DNA of 48,275 bases, from the NCBI RefSeq assembly GCF_001194135.2, contig NC_068984.1, positions 74,386,515 through 74,434,789 on the forward strand, in the 5' to 3' direction. Source of the DNA: Octopus bimaculoides (lineage: Eukaryota). This document shows, piece by piece, positions 1 to 12,653 of this stretch. Position numbers and translations under genes: made by a program. Each line of letters starts with the position of its first letter. Within the stretch, counting starts at the first letter, position 1. Below the pieces are notes generated by a model. It was not told where the DNA came from. It ran no database searches and saw nothing but the letters and a program-made list of their open reading frames with translations.

Positions 1-170
1 TTAAACATTCTCTAGAACAATACTATGTACAAATCCAAATATATGGTACCCTAGGCATAACACCTACATGAACTTCTAACTTGTTGTCTCTTGAGGTCTC
101 TGGGTGAGACTTGGATCCAACTTGTACAAATGCAAAACAAAAGTCAAACATAAAATAATAATAATGATAA
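1..170 (+). mobile_element. Probable 3' UTR and (AAT)n tail of a non-LTR retrotransposon
   Basis: Unique-looking sequence ending in AAAATAATAATAATGATAA, same tail type as the R4/Dong 3' end at 22080-22463; family identity is recalled, not verified. Confidence 0.3.
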
Positions 171-255
171 TTCCTACTATAGGCACAAGGTCCGAAATTT
201 GGTGGGAGGGGCCTAGTCGATTACTAGTCGACCACATCACTTGACTGGTATTTTT
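171..255 (-). mobile_element. tRNA-derived SINE (Meta-domain-like family), 3' part
   Basis: Reverse complement of the family 3' end ...CCAGTCAAGTG...GTCGAC...CCTTGTGCCTATAGTAGGAATTATCATTATT shared with many copies in this window. Confidence 0.65.
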
Positions 256-280
256 TTCATAATAATGAGGAGGAAAGGAA

Positions 281-516
281 GAGGCGGGAGAGCATAATCG
301 TTTATACGCCTGGCAAAATGCTTAGCGGTATTTCGTTCGCCTTTACATTCTGGATTCAAACTTCGCTTACGTCACCTTAGCCTTTCCTTCTTTTGTGGTC
401 AATAAATGAAGTCCTAGTTAAGCACTGGAGTCAATGTAAAAGACTAGACCCCCCCCCCACCACCACCACCACCAAAAAGTTTCTGGTCTTCTGCCTGTAG
501 TAGAAAGGATTGTTAT
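281..516 (+). mobile_element. tRNA-derived SINE (Meta-domain-like family), degenerate full copy
   Basis: AGGCGG head, GCAAAATGCTTAGCGGTATTTCG, B-box-like GGATTCAAA, GCCTTTCCTTCTTTTGTGGTCAATAAAT core, GTAGAAAGGATTGTT tail; aligns by eye with copies at 22547, 38985, 40517, 40735. Confidence 0.7.
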
Positions 517-654
517 GACGGTAAGCTAGCAGAAACTGTAACTCGCCAGACAAAATGCTTTTCGCAGCATTTCTTGCGGCTCTACGTTCTATGTTCAGAA
601 TCGGCAAAATTTCGATCCTTGTGCCTATAGTATAAAGAATTCTTACTGTTGTCG

Positions 655-800
655 CCGTCATTGTCTTCGTCGTCGATGCTGTTGTTGATGATGATGATGA
701 TCAACATTATCCTGATGATGATCGTCATCATGATCATGATGATAACGACGATGATGACGATGATGGTGATGTTGCTAAGATTGGACGATGATGGTGATGT
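655..800. repeat. (GAT/GAC)n trinucleotide microsatellite
   Basis: Direct reading; includes a short tandem duplication of GATGATGGTGATGTTGCTAA. Confidence 0.9.
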
Positions 801-1278
801 TGCTAAAATTGCTTTCGTATTTCTTTCTTTTGCAATTACAACCAACTTGATTGCATTTGTTATATATGACGCGAATGTTAAGAAAGGTATACTGTGTGTA
901 TTTCGATATATGATTACATTGTTCAGTGAACACTAGATTCTACTGGACGTGTTACAAACAATCACTGACTCCTAAGCAACAATGCTTTCTTCTAGTGCTA
1001 ACAAGAAATAGACCCAATCAAAACCTTTTGCTGCTTTATTTATATATTTTGTTTTTCTTGGAGTTTATATAAATTTTGAGGCTTCATTTTATAATTTTTG
1101 CGGTTTATATGTATTTGTATGTATGCATATACTTTTTTTATTCGTATTTTACTTAAAACAACTCAGAATATGTTAATGATCGTGTGAGCTTATACAAGTC
1201 TGAGAATTAGAAAAGGAAATTTTAAGAGGGAATGTGACCTAAACACAGAATGTCAAAGAAAGGCGAACAGAGAGACTA

Positions 1279-1321
<43 letters not shown>

Positions 1322-1334
1322 TTTTGTATATAGT

Positions 1335-1488
1335 GAGGGCGCATGGTTTAGTGGTTAGGGTGTTTGAGCCATGATCGTCAAATTCCTGGACCCGGCGACG
1401 CGTTGTGTTATTGAACAAAATATTACATTACAAGTTGCTCTAGTTCACTCAGCTGGCAAAAATGAGTAATCCTGAGACGACCCGGCCC
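1335..1488 (+). mobile_element. tRNA-derived SINE, second family (5' part)
   Basis: A-box-like TGGTTTAGTGG, head followed by GCGTTGTGTTATTGAACAAAA...CACTCAGCTGGCAAAAATGAGTA. Confidence 0.6.
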
Positions 1489-1744
1489 TTGTACATAAAT
1501 GCAAAACAGGGTGGAAAAAATAGTGCTCGAATACCGAAGCTTCATTAATAAAGCTGCAAAAACATCACATAAACTGGTACTCAGAGTTTCACGTTCCCGT
1601 TCGTCGAGCAGTTGTGATAAAAAATGGAATATATATATATATATATGCATGTATATATTTATGCATGTATATATACCCCTCTTAACAATGGTACACCAAC
1701 CATGCCATTGCCACTACAATTATTACCACCACCACCCTGGATAC

Positions 1745-2595
1745 TACATGCGGTCACTAGATATAGAATTTTCGATCCACGAGATTTTGCGCCAACCTTC
1801 GGAGGAATCGAACACTGCTTATCTCCAAGTCGGCCTGGATTAGGAATGCGAAGTTGCTATGTTGAGGGAAGGCCTGGATCTCGCGACACGTATCATCTTG
1901 AACGTTGTAAGTTGCAGGTGCTTGATGTGCAAGTATCGAAAACTAGTAGCTGTATATGTCCCAACCGGGGTCGGGCCCTCATATTTTAGTAGATGTAGTG
2001 GTATTTCCGGGATTATCCCGTTCCTCGGTGCATGTAAGTGATTGGAACAATATTTTAGCTGCACTCTTTGACAGTGTGACGTTAGCCGATGGAAAATGGT
2101 GCGCTATAACCCCATATGTCTGCTCAGACAGTTCCAACTGGCTGATAAATTCCAACTGATTTTTCTGATCGAGCCACTGTGAACATAAACAAACTGTATC
2201 AGGTTATCCAGTATGTGTCTTGAAAAAGACTTCTGTAGTCCAGTCGATAAGGATAACATAGATTGACCACAATTTAAAATCGCCGGCTACTCAGACCAAC
2301 AGTTTATAATCAGTACGGTTGACCGAAACAGGATTCATAGGCAGGAGCCAGTTACTGGAAGCTGAACGAGTCGTTTCCAGTGCATCATGCTTGCAGAAAC
2401 CGAATTAGTGAATACTTTATGCCGACAATGACGGAGGCAGTCGTTAATAACAAATAATGGTTGGCTCTGAAAACTGTAAATAAAATAGAGTCGATAAGGT
2501 TAGGTTAGGAAATATTGATAAAGAGTTAAGTGGTGTCCTCCCAAAAATTGGGGGAACGACTGCCGCTCGGTGTGCACGAGTGCTACTACGACAAT
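1745..2595 (+). mobile_element. Degenerate L1/Tx1-clade LINE ORF2 fragment (APE endonuclease and downstream linker)
   Basis: Frameshifted translation gives KLVAVYVPTG (1943-1969), SDWNNIL (GDxN motif, ~2036-2057), YWKLNES (2353-2373, typical post-endonuclease WxLNxS) and VVNNK*WLALK...ESIR. Confidence 0.7.
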
Positions 2596-3489
2596 GAAAA
2601 CAATGAATACACTCATACCTACACATGTTCATATATATNNNNNNNNNNNNNNNNNNNNNNNNNNNNNNNNNNNNNNNNNNNNNNNNNNNNNNNNNNNNNN
2701 NNNNNNNNNNNNNNNNNNNNNNNNNNNNNNNNNNNNNNNNNNNNNNNNNNNNNNNNNNNNNNNNNNNNNNNNNNNNNNNNNNNNNNNNNNNNNNNNNNNN
2801 NNNNNNNNNNNNNNNNNNNNNNNNNNNNNNNNNNNNNNNNNNNNNNNNNNNNNNNNNNNNNNNNNNNNNNNNNNNNNNNNNNNNNNNNNNNNNNNNNNNN
2901 NNNNNNNNNNNNNNNNNNNNNNNNNNNNNNNNNNNNNNNNNNNNNNNNNNNNNNNNNNNNNNNNNNNNNNNNNNNNNNNNNNNNNNNNNNNNNNNNNNNN
3001 NNNNNNNNNNNNNNNNNNNNNNNNNNNNNNNNNNNNNNNNNNNNNNNNNNNNNNNNNNNNNNNNNNNNNNNNNNNNNNNNNNNNNNNNNNNNNNNNNNNN
3101 NNNNNNNNNNNNNNNNNNNNNNNNNNNNNNNNNNNNNNNNNNNNNNNNNNNNNNNNNNNNNNNNNNNNNNNNNNNNNNNNNNNNNNNNNNNNNNNNNNNN
3201 NNNNNNNNNNNNNNNNNNNNNNNNNNNNNNNNNNNNNNNNNNNNNNNNNNNNNNNNNNNNNNNNNNNNNNNNNNNNNNNNNNNNNNNNNNNNNNNNNNNN
3301 NNNNNNNNNNNNNNNNNNNNNNNNNNNNNNNNNNNNNNNNNNNNNNNNNNNNNNNNNNNNNNNNNNNNNNNNNNNNNNNNNNNNNNNNNNNNNNNNNNNN
3401 NNNNNNNNNNNNNNNNNNNNNNNNNNNNNNNNNNNNNNNNNNNNNNNNNNNNNNNNNNNNNNNNNNNNNNNNNNNNNNNNNNNNNNNNN

Positions 3490-3570
3490 TCTCTCCCTCT
3501 CTCTTTCTCTCTCCCTATCTCTCTTTTTTCTCTTGCTCTCTCTCCCCCTCTCTCGCTCTCTCTCTCCTTA
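3490..3570. repeat. (CT)n polypyrimidine microsatellite
   Basis: Direct reading, next to an N-gap. Confidence 0.9.
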
Positions 3571-4516
3571 GCTCACACATCATGGCGCAAATGTTGGTTC
3601 AAGAGGGGGTCGGACGAAAAGGTTTCTAAGTTTGTTTGCGACACATAAGCACTTACAACATTTAATGAGAGTATGATTCATGCAAGCATAATTATACTCG
3701 CTTACGAGTGATTGCGACGCTTTTACACCTACCTATACACACACACACACATATCTACATGTAGTGGACTTATTGTCTGTGTCAGTGTGTGGAAAAGCTG
3801 GTGTATGTACAAGCATGCGCGCGCTGTTGTTATAAAGGAAAATAAACGGCAATTCTTTATTAGTTTCATTATTTTTCATCTGCCTGATATTTATTATTTT
3901 TCTATACATGTTTCAGGAGCTGAAAATTGAGGGTGATAACAAGAAAATTGTACAGTGGTCGAGTTCTAATTAAACTAAATCCTTCGAATATTGTTGTGTA
4001 CGAAGGGGGATTGTGAATTCGACTTGGTCTTGTTACTTTCCAGCAGACAAAAGCAGTGAATTTTCACAGAGAAAATACAAGACAAATCTCTCTTTCTGTT
4101 TTTATCCTCCTCCTTCTTTCTATCNNNNNNNNNNNNNNNNNNNNNNNNNNNNNNNNNNNNNNNNNNNNNNNNNNNNNNNNNNNNNNNNNNNNNNNNNNNN
4201 NNNNNNNNNNNNNNNNNNNNNNNNNNNNNNNNNNNNNNNNNNNNNNNNNNNNNNNNNNNNNNNNNNNNNNNNNNNNNNACATTAATATCAATACTAATAC
4301 TACTACAAATAATAATAATCGCAGCCAAACTGTCATCAAAAATTTTTCATGAATAAATTAAAATTTTGTGAGCACATATTTATATGTATTTATGTAATTT
4401 TGTATGTAAGTACACGCACGCATACACAAACGTGCGCATATATACATATACATACATATATGTATATATACATGCATACATATATATCAGTATGTACATA
4501 TATGTATGTATATATA

Positions 4517-5754
4517 CAGGTGTTGGACAAAATAATGGAAACACCTTAAAATTTCAAATTTATTTTAATATGGAGTAGGACACCTTTGGCAGTAATTAAT
4601 TACAGCTTGAATTTTATGAGGTATGGACTCGTAACAACTTTCAATTATTTCCAAAGGAATTTTTGTCCGTTCTTCAGCTAAAATACTCTCCAATTCTTGT
4701 AGTGATGATGGTGGAGGATATCGACTCCTTACTTGTTTTTCTAAAATGCGCCATAAATGTTCAATAATACTGAGATCTGGGGACTGCGGTGGCCAGATAA
4801 GATGTTCAACTTCACTAGAAGGTTCCTCGTGCTATTCAGTAACAACTTTAGCTGTGTGAAACTGGTGCATTATCATCCTGAAAGATTGCGTTTCCCTGCG
4901 GAAACTTCCCAAACATAAGATGAATTTGATCAGATACAATGCTTAAGTAATCTTGACTATTAATTTTGCATGAAGGGAAACCATTGGGCCGGCGAATTTC
5001 CAAAATATAGTCCCCACCCCACCCCAGATCATCACAGATCCTCCTCCATGTTTAACAGTTGGAAGAAGGCAGTCTGGGTCAAATGCTTCTTTTGGCTGTC
5101 TCCACACGTATACTCTGCCGGTGGTCGGAAATAAGAAAAAGGATGACTCGTCCGAGAAAATAACATTCTTCCACTGCTCCAAGAACCAATTCTAAACGTT
5201 TTGCAACGTTTGTTTTGAAAGTAGTGGTTTTCTGATTACAGCCCTCCCGTGAAATCCGGTTTTGTGCAGCTCCCGGCGAATAGTTTTCGTGGAAACTGGT
5301 TTCTCGAGGTGGTCATTAAGCTCTGCAGTAATTTGGGGAGCTGTACTTTTGTAATCCTTTCTAACAATTCGCGTAAGTGTCCAACGGTCCTTACTGAAAG
5401 TTTTGGTTTTCTTCCGGAGTTTTGCTTCGAGGAAGAGGTTTGTCCCTCTTTCTCAAAGGCTGTCATTACTTTCGAGACAGTACTTCTTGATACACCAAAC
5501 ATTTCGGCTATTTTCGTTAAGATGGCGCCTGCCATACGAGCACCAACAATTTGACCTATCTGTTATTTTTATGAATTTTAATTACGTTTTTCTGATGATA
5601 CCTGAAAAGAAACAACAATTTTAGCAAAACATATTAAGCAACACTAATAATAAATCAGAAAACATAAAAATAAAGAAGCTTTTGACGGTTTTATAGATAT
5701 TTTAAAATTATAATGCTATGATGCTTGGTGTTTCCATTATTTTGTCCAACCCTG
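4517..5754 (-). mobile_element. Full-length degraded Tc1-family DNA transposon (1238 bp), transposase pseudogene, apparent DD36E
   Basis: TIRs CAGGTGTTGGACAAAATAATGGAAACACC (4517-4545) and GGTGTTTCCATTATTTTGTCCAACCCTG (5727-5754), TA on both flanks; minus strand gives GQIVGARMAGA, GRKPKLS, VIFSDES, TVKHGGGSVMIWG, FQDDNAP, WPPQSPDLSIIEHLW with frameshifts and stops. Confidence 0.95.
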
Positions 5755-5797
<43 letters not shown>

Positions 5798-6050
5798 ACA
5801 CGCGCGCGCGTGCGCGTATAATGATTATATATAATCATAACAAGGGATTGGCTATAAATCTCTTTTTGGTGGAGGGAGTTTTTAAGGTGGTATTAGTGTC
5901 TTTTAGCGTCTATTTCTAGCACCTGGAGAGCCAATCCTTTGTTATAATTAAGTATATAATTATTATAATATTTATAAAATTCAACTACAAGGTTTTTATT
6001 TTCGCGCTAACCCCTTGGTAAAAATCATTAATGATTTTTACCCTTTATTA

Positions 6051-6094
<44 letters not shown>

Positions 6095-6284
6095 TGCGCG
6101 CGTATGTTTTTTTAAAGTTTGGTGGGATATACCATCCAGTTGGATACTGTGGTAGCTCTCAGTTGTGTTCCAGGTTACGGCTAAATGCATCGATCAGTAT
6201 TTACATTTATTACTGTTGTTAATTGTCAGTCATTCTTTAAGGATGAACAAGCCTCCATGTTTTGTATCGTCATACATACATACA

Positions 6285-6320
<36 letters not shown>

Positions 6321-6321
6321 T

Positions 6322-6552
6322 ACTCTTTTACTCTTTTACTTGTTTCAGTCATTTGACTGCGGCCATGCTGGAGCACCGCCTTTAGTCGAGCAAATCGACC
6401 CCAGGACTTATTCTTTTGTAAGCCTAGTACTTATTCTATCGGTCTCTTTTGCCGAACCGCTAAGTTACGGGGACGTAAACACACCAGCATCGGTTGTCAA
6501 GCGATGTTGGGAGGACAAACACAGAGACACCAACATACACACACACACACAT
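6322..6552 (-). mobile_element. tRNA-derived CORE-like SINE (family A), 3' half; remainder lost in gap
   Basis: Reverse complement of GACAACCGATGCTGGTGTGTTTACGTCCCCGTAACTTAGCGGTTCGGCAAAAGAGACCGATAGAATAAGTACT...GACTGAAACAAGTAAAAGAG, closely matching 12470-12653 and 26690-26852. Confidence 0.9.
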
Positions 6553-7288
6553 NNNNNNNNNNNNNNNNNNNNNNNNNNNNNNNNNNNNNNNNNNNNNNNN
6601 NNNNNNNNNNNNNNNNNNNNNNNNNNNNNNNNNNNNNNNNNNNNNNNNNNNNNNNNNNNNNNNNNNNNNNNNNNNNNNNNNNNNNNNNNNNNNNNNNNNN
6701 NNNNNNNNNNNNNNNNNNNNNNNNNNNNNNNNNNNNNNNNNNNNNNNNNNNNNNNNNNNNNNNNNNNNNNNNNNNNNNNNNNNNNNNNNNNNNNNNNNNN
6801 NNNNNNNNNNNNNNNNNNNNNNNNNNNNNNNNNNNNNNNNNNNNNNNNNNNNNNNNNNNNNNNNNNNNNNNNNNNNNNNNNNNNNNNNNNNNNNNNNNNN
6901 NNNNNNNNNNNNNNNNNNNNNNNNNNNNNNNNNNNNNNNNNNNNNNNNNNNNNNNNNNNNNNNNNNNNNNNNNNNNNNNNNNNNNNNNNNNNNNNNNNNN
7001 NNNNNNNNNNNNNNNNNNNNNNNNNNNNNNNNNNNNNNNNNNNNNNNNNNNNNNNNNNNNNNNNNNNNNNNNNNNNNNNNNNNNNNNNNNNNNNNNNNNN
7101 NNNNNNNNNNNNNNNNNNNNNNNNNNNNNNNNNNNNNNNNNNNNNNNNNNNNNNNNNNNNNNNNNNNNNNNNNNNNNNNNNNNNNNNNNNNNNNNNNNNN
7201 NNNNNNNNNNNNNNNNNNNNNNNNNNNNNNNNNNNNNNNNNNNNNNNNNNNNNATATAGTGTTTATCACTAACACATGCATACGACCA

Positions 7289-7319
<31 letters not shown>

Positions 7320-7956
7320 AAACACTTGGAAACATATGCATAACTCTATGTGCACATATGAACCGATCAGTCCAGCTTTCGAGAAATACCAGCAAAACCG
7401 CCGACAAAACACATTATATGATTTTTAAATGAATAATGTATGTAGAATATACTAGAAAAAAAAAAGGTAAAAAAAAATACAGGAAAAAAATACAGAACGA
7501 CTTACCAAATCAATGGGAGTTGACCAAGGGTTGAAAAATCAAAGACAAAAATCACATACACATTAAAAGAACGCCAGCAACAACAACAAACAAACAAACA
7601 AACAACCCTTTGCTTGGCCATGCGAAATAAAACGCTCGTCTAACACGTGTGCCGCCTCAATGGCACGGACAGTATTGTGGTAGCTCTTAGAATTATTTAC
7701 CTAAACAAAGCTTGCAAACACACGCACGCATACATACACAAAGACACACACATACACACACACAAGCAACACACACAGACACGCATAACACACAGGCCAT
7801 GTATAATAACTACGGGGAACGTGGTGACATTTTTATTCACCAACATTCACACGCATAAGGGTCACGCGCAACATTCAGCAAATCGATTACACATATACAC
7901 AACTTAACACATTCACATACGCACATGCGAACGATATGTGAGTATGTGTGTGTGTG

Positions 7957-7999
<43 letters not shown>

Positions 8000-8640
8000 A
8001 TGCGAGTATGCCGATGCATTTATATTAAATATCTATCTATGTATCTATCTATCTATCTATCTATCTNNNNNNNNNNNNNNNNNNNNNNNNNNNNNNNNNN
8101 NNNNNNNNNNNNNNNNNNNNNNNNNNNNNNNNNNNNNNNNNNNNNNNNNNNNNNNNNNNNNNNNNNNNNNNNNNNNNNNNNNNNNNNNNNNNNNNNNNNN
8201 NNNNNNNNNNNNNNNNNNNNNNNNNNNNNNNNNNNNNNNNNNNNNNNNNNNNNNNNNNNNNNNNNNNNNNNNNNNNNNNNNNNNNNNNNNNNNNNNNNNN
8301 NNNNNNNNNNNNNNNNNNNNNNNNNNNNNNNNNNNNNNNNNNNNNNNNNNNNNNNNNNNNNNNNNNNNNNNNNNNNNNNNNNNNNNNNNNNNNNNNNNNN
8401 NNNNNNNNNNNNNNNNNNNNNNNNNNNNNNNNNNNNNNNNNNNNNNNNNNNNNNNNNNNNNNNNNNNNNNNNNNNNNNNNNNNNNNNNNNNNNNNNNNNN
8501 NNNNNNNNNNNNNNNNNNNNNNNNNNNNNNNNNNNNNNNNNNNNNNNNNNNNNNNNNNNNNNNNNNNNNNNNNNNNNNNNNNNNNNNNNNNNNNNNNNNN
8601 NNNNNNNNNNNNNNNNNNNNNNNNNNNNNNNNNNNNNNNN

Positions 8641-8689
<49 letters not shown>

Positions 8690-8711
8690 CATTTATAAAT
8701 ATATAACATAA

Positions 8712-8875
8712 CAGGCTTCTATATAGTTTCCGTCTAGCAAATTCACTCCCTCAAAGACATGTGTCCGCCAGGTTTCTATAGTAGAAGACGCTTTCCTGAT
8801 ATACCACATAGTAGGACTGAACCCGAAACCAGGTGTTTGCAAAGTCAGTTTCTTAACCACGGAGCCAGGCTCGCA
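8712..8875 (-). mobile_element. SINE family A, 5' half (degenerate)
   Basis: Reverse complement of tRNA head plus ...GCGTCTTCTACTATAG...GCTAGACGGAAACT, matching 12257-12410. Confidence 0.65.
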
Positions 8876-9349
8876 TCTATGTGACCCTGCCTATTTCCAT
8901 CTCCCTCTCTCCCCATCCCCGAGAGAAATACGATTTCACCAACTAACATGCCAGCGGGTGAGCTTCAGCCTGGTGGGTCGGCTTGACAGACATAGAAGAT
9001 ATAAAGTAAGACAAATTGTGTACATCTGTCTCTCATATCGTTGACGTGTCTCTTATATAAATTATTGGTTAAAATTTATCAATACAGTCAATAACTACAG
9101 TATAGGATCGAAACGAAACAATGCTAACGCAACGTTAATTTTTTAAACAAAGCCAGATATTATTCTGATAAAATTTTAGGAGATTTGGATCACCACCCCC
9201 GAGCTTCCCCAATTTCGTTATCTCCAAGTATTTCGAAACGTCAGAAATTTTTCCGTTTTCATTTTAACTCTTTGTTGATTAATTAATTTATTTAGATTTC
9301 TATATTTTAGAAATATTAATATTATGCATTCAACACTCACGAAAAGATA

Positions 9350-9438
9350 TATCTGGCTGGCTATGCTGTAGGAAGTCTAGGGCTGTCCAAACCCTCGTAA
9401 GTGGATTTGGCAAACGGAAACTGAAAGAAGCTCGTCCT

Positions 9439-9471
<33 letters not shown>

Positions 9472-9750
9472 TATGTATATGTGTGGGAGGGTGCGTGTGC
9501 GGGGGTGTGTGTGGGGTGGTGGTGCGTGTGTGTGTGTGTGTGTGTCTGTGTGTGTGTGTGTGTGTGTCTATGTATGTATATATATGTATGTATGTATATN
9601 NNNNNNNNNAGAGTAAGTATTAAGACTTACAAAAAAAAAAAAAATAAAAAAATAAACCTGGACCAGTTTGTTCGACTAAATCCTTTCATAGCAGTGCTCC
9701 AGCATGGCTGCGGTTAATGACTAAAGCAGGTGAATGATAACAGATAGTAT
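9350..9750 (+). mobile_element. SINE family A, partial, with expanded internal microsatellite
   Basis: GTGGATTTGGCAAACGGAAACTGAAAGAAGCTCGTC, then (TACA)/(TG) repeats, then TTTGTTCGACTAAA...GTGCTCCAGCATGGC. Confidence 0.7.
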
Positions 9751-9917
9751 ATAAAACTATGTATTTTAAATATGAGGAAACAAAGAAAGATGAAAATGGT
9801 CTGAATATATAGACATATGTAAGTACGTGTGTGTGTGTGTGTGTGTATGAGTGTGTGTGTGTGTGTGCGCGCGCGCGTTGTGCGTGCGTGTGTGTGTTTG
9901 TGTACGTGCGTATATAT

Positions 9918-10052
9918 TTCGAAACGCCGGTGTTTTAATGGTGGCAGCTGATGAAGGAGATGTTTCTATGTGGCCTGCTTGTTTGTTGTACCTTGTTTAT
10001 CATTTTGTCCATGTTCTTTTGCCACGTCATGTACCCAGTAATGTATCTATAT
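9918..10052 (+). mobile_element. Interspersed repeat, probably Penelope-related terminal (pLTR) fragment
   Basis: CGAAACGCC...GCAGCTGATGAAGGAGATGTT...CTATGTGGCCTG...TTTATCATTTTGTC...TGTACCCAG; second copy at 47278-47420. Penelope assignment is inference. Confidence 0.55.
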
Positions 10053-10280
10053 ATANNNNNNNNNNNNNNNNNNNNNNNNNNNNNNNNNNNNNNNNNNNNN
10101 NNNNNNNNNNNNNNNNNNNNNNNNNNNNNNNNNNNNNNNNNNNNNNNNNNNNNNNNNNNNNNNNNNNNNNNNNNNNNNNNNNNNNNNNNNNNNNNNNNNN
10201 NNNNNNNNNNNNNNNNNNNNNNNNNNNNNNNNNNNNNNNNNNNNNNNNNNNNNNNNNNNNNNNNNNNNNNNNNNNNNNNN

Positions 10281-10322
<42 letters not shown>

Positions 10323-10426
10323 TGCATACAAACACATAACGATACACACACATGCACACATACACAGACATACACAGCACACACACATACATACGCATAC
10401 ACACATATAAGTATGTATGTATACAT

Positions 10427-10507
<81 letters not shown>

Positions 10508-10642
10508 GAGAGAGACAGACAGAGNNNNNNNNNNNNNNNNNNNNNNNNNNNNNNNNNNNNNNNNNNNNNNNNNNNNNNNNNNNNNNNNNNNNNNNNNNNN
10601 NNNNNNNNNNNNNNNNNNNNNNNNNNAAAAAGTGGATGTTAA

Positions 10643-10643
<1 letters not shown>

Positions 10644-10677
<34 letters not shown>

Positions 10678-10765
10678 AACGACGACGACGACGGCGACGA
10701 TGATGATGGTGACGATGTCGATGATGACGACGACGATGATGATGACGACGATGATGATGATGATC
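10644..10765. repeat. (GAT/GAC)n microsatellite
   Basis: Direct reading; source of the poly-D and poly-M ORFs. Confidence 0.95.
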
Positions 10766-10862
10766 TATATCTATATATTAGCTGTAACTTTCTCGCATTC
10801 CCTCTCTCACTCACTCTCTGTCCTCTTTTTCTATAGTTCATCTACTTTTTTCTAACTCTTTT

Positions 10863-10911
<49 letters not shown>

Positions 10912-11742
10912 ATATATGAAATTTTATGGTTTTGTAATGTTTCTTAATGGGTTTGTCTGGAGAAAGGGGCTGTGCCTATGCAGAGCTTTCGCAGGGTCTA
11001 CGAGACCGTTTGACATACCTCGTCTCCCTTTCAAATGTCTTCTGAACTCCCACTAACCTTTCTTTAGAATATACATGGAATATTACTGCATTTACGTGTT
11101 TATATGCGTTGGCATGTACATGTGTATATATGCCAGCTCATACATTCATTTATATACCCATTAGCGCCTAAAGCTATACACAACAATTACGATGCAGAAA
11201 GATGGAGAAAGAGAGAGAAGAGAGTATGGGCGCGCCTGTGTATGAATGTGTGTATCTGTGCCTCCGTGTGTGTGTGTGTGTGTGTTTAGCCACGCCCATA
11301 TTTCAGTCTTTTCTCATCAGATTCTAACCATTTACTCTTCCTCTCCCCATTTACCTCATTTTATTATTTGTCAGTCGCCCTCCATCCGTTTTCTTCTAGT
11401 TATCCTTCATTTTCTTTCTCGCTTCATTAGCACAAGCACAAGCATACACACGCACACACAAACATACACACACACACACACAAATACATCTTTGTATATG
11501 CACTATATATAAATATATATAAATTAACACACACATGCACGCATATATATGTATATACATATGCATACATACATACATACATATATATATATACATACAT
11601 ACGTACATAAATGCATATATAATATATAACATATATGTGTATAATTGATATACACATACATCTACACAGACAGTGAATATATGTATATATGCATGTGTGT
11701 GCGTGAGTGTGTATGCGTGTGTGTTCATTCATGTATTTATGA

Positions 11743-11820
<78 letters not shown>

Positions 11821-12256
11821 ATACCTAAATTCGCATATGTATATATGTACGTGCATATCTGCGTATATCTGCCTTTCTCTCTGTCTTTCTGTTTGTCTGT
11901 CTGTCTGTCTGTCTGCATGTATGTATGTATGTATGTATGTATGTATGTATATACACTGATCTAAAATGCAATTAAAAGTAAAAATAAAGGTCCTGGGTAC
12001 TATTAGTGTGTCTCGTTATTCCTATTTTTCAGTCGCCTGAATCCCAACAAAGACAAACTTGAAATAGCGATTCAAGTTGATTCAAAATCCAGCCTTGAAT
12101 ATACACTATATATGGAGAGATACTTACAATCATGCATATGTGTTGTGAGAGCACCTATATTTGACCATATAATAAACAGTCGCTAAGATTGGAATAAAGA
12201 AAGAAAATAATGAAGAACCACAAATGGTTTATAATTCGTGAATACATACATATAAC

Positions 12257-12653
12257 GCAGGAGTGGTAAGAAGCTTGCTTCCCAACCACATGGTTCCGGG
12301 TTCAGTTCTACTGCATGGCACCTTGGGCAACTGTCTTCTACTATAGCCTCGGGCCGACCAAAGCCTTGTGAGTGGATTTGGTAGACGGACTCTGAAAGAA
12401 GCCCGTCATATATATGTGTGTGTGTGTATGTATTTGTGTGTCTGTGTTTGTCCCCCCCACCCATCATCACTTGACAACCGATGTTGGTGTGTTTACATCC
12501 CCGTAACTTAGCAGTTCAGCAAAGAGACTGATAGAATAAGTACTAAGCTTACAAAGAATAAGTCTTGGGGTCGATTTGTTCGACTAAAGGGATTGCTCCA
12601 GCATAGCTGCACTCAAATGACTAAAACAAGTAAAAACAAAAGAATAAAAGAAT
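12257..12653 (+). mobile_element. SINE family A, full-length copy (~400 bp) with internal (TA/TG) microsatellite
   Basis: A-box-like GAGTGGTAAG, B-box-like GGGTTCAGTTC, CORE-like GCACCTTGGGCAACTGTCTT, internal SSR at ~12407-12450, 3' half and (AAAAG)n-type tail. Confidence 0.9.

Noticed and set aside
3572-3629. ATG in good context after a (CT)n-AG acceptor (MAQMLVQEGVGRK)
   Set aside because: Donor is weak and its phase does not join the candidate exon at 3917; the pyrimidine tract is just a microsatellite
7452-7505. Minus-strand GTAAGT...polypyrimidine-CTAG 54-nt mini-intron
   Set aside because: Flanking sequence has no convincing coding frame and poly(T) tracts are common here; cannot be supported without RNA data
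9918-9975. GAAAC...CTGATGA order suggesting a type II hammerhead (also 47280-47320)
   Set aside because: Only ~23 nt between the motifs, no consistent stem III/stem I or UH site, and no GAAA after the downstream stem
11290-11330. Minus-strand CTGATGA...GAAA hammerhead-like match
   Set aside because: Stem II and stem I do not pair and the cleavage position would be G; chance match
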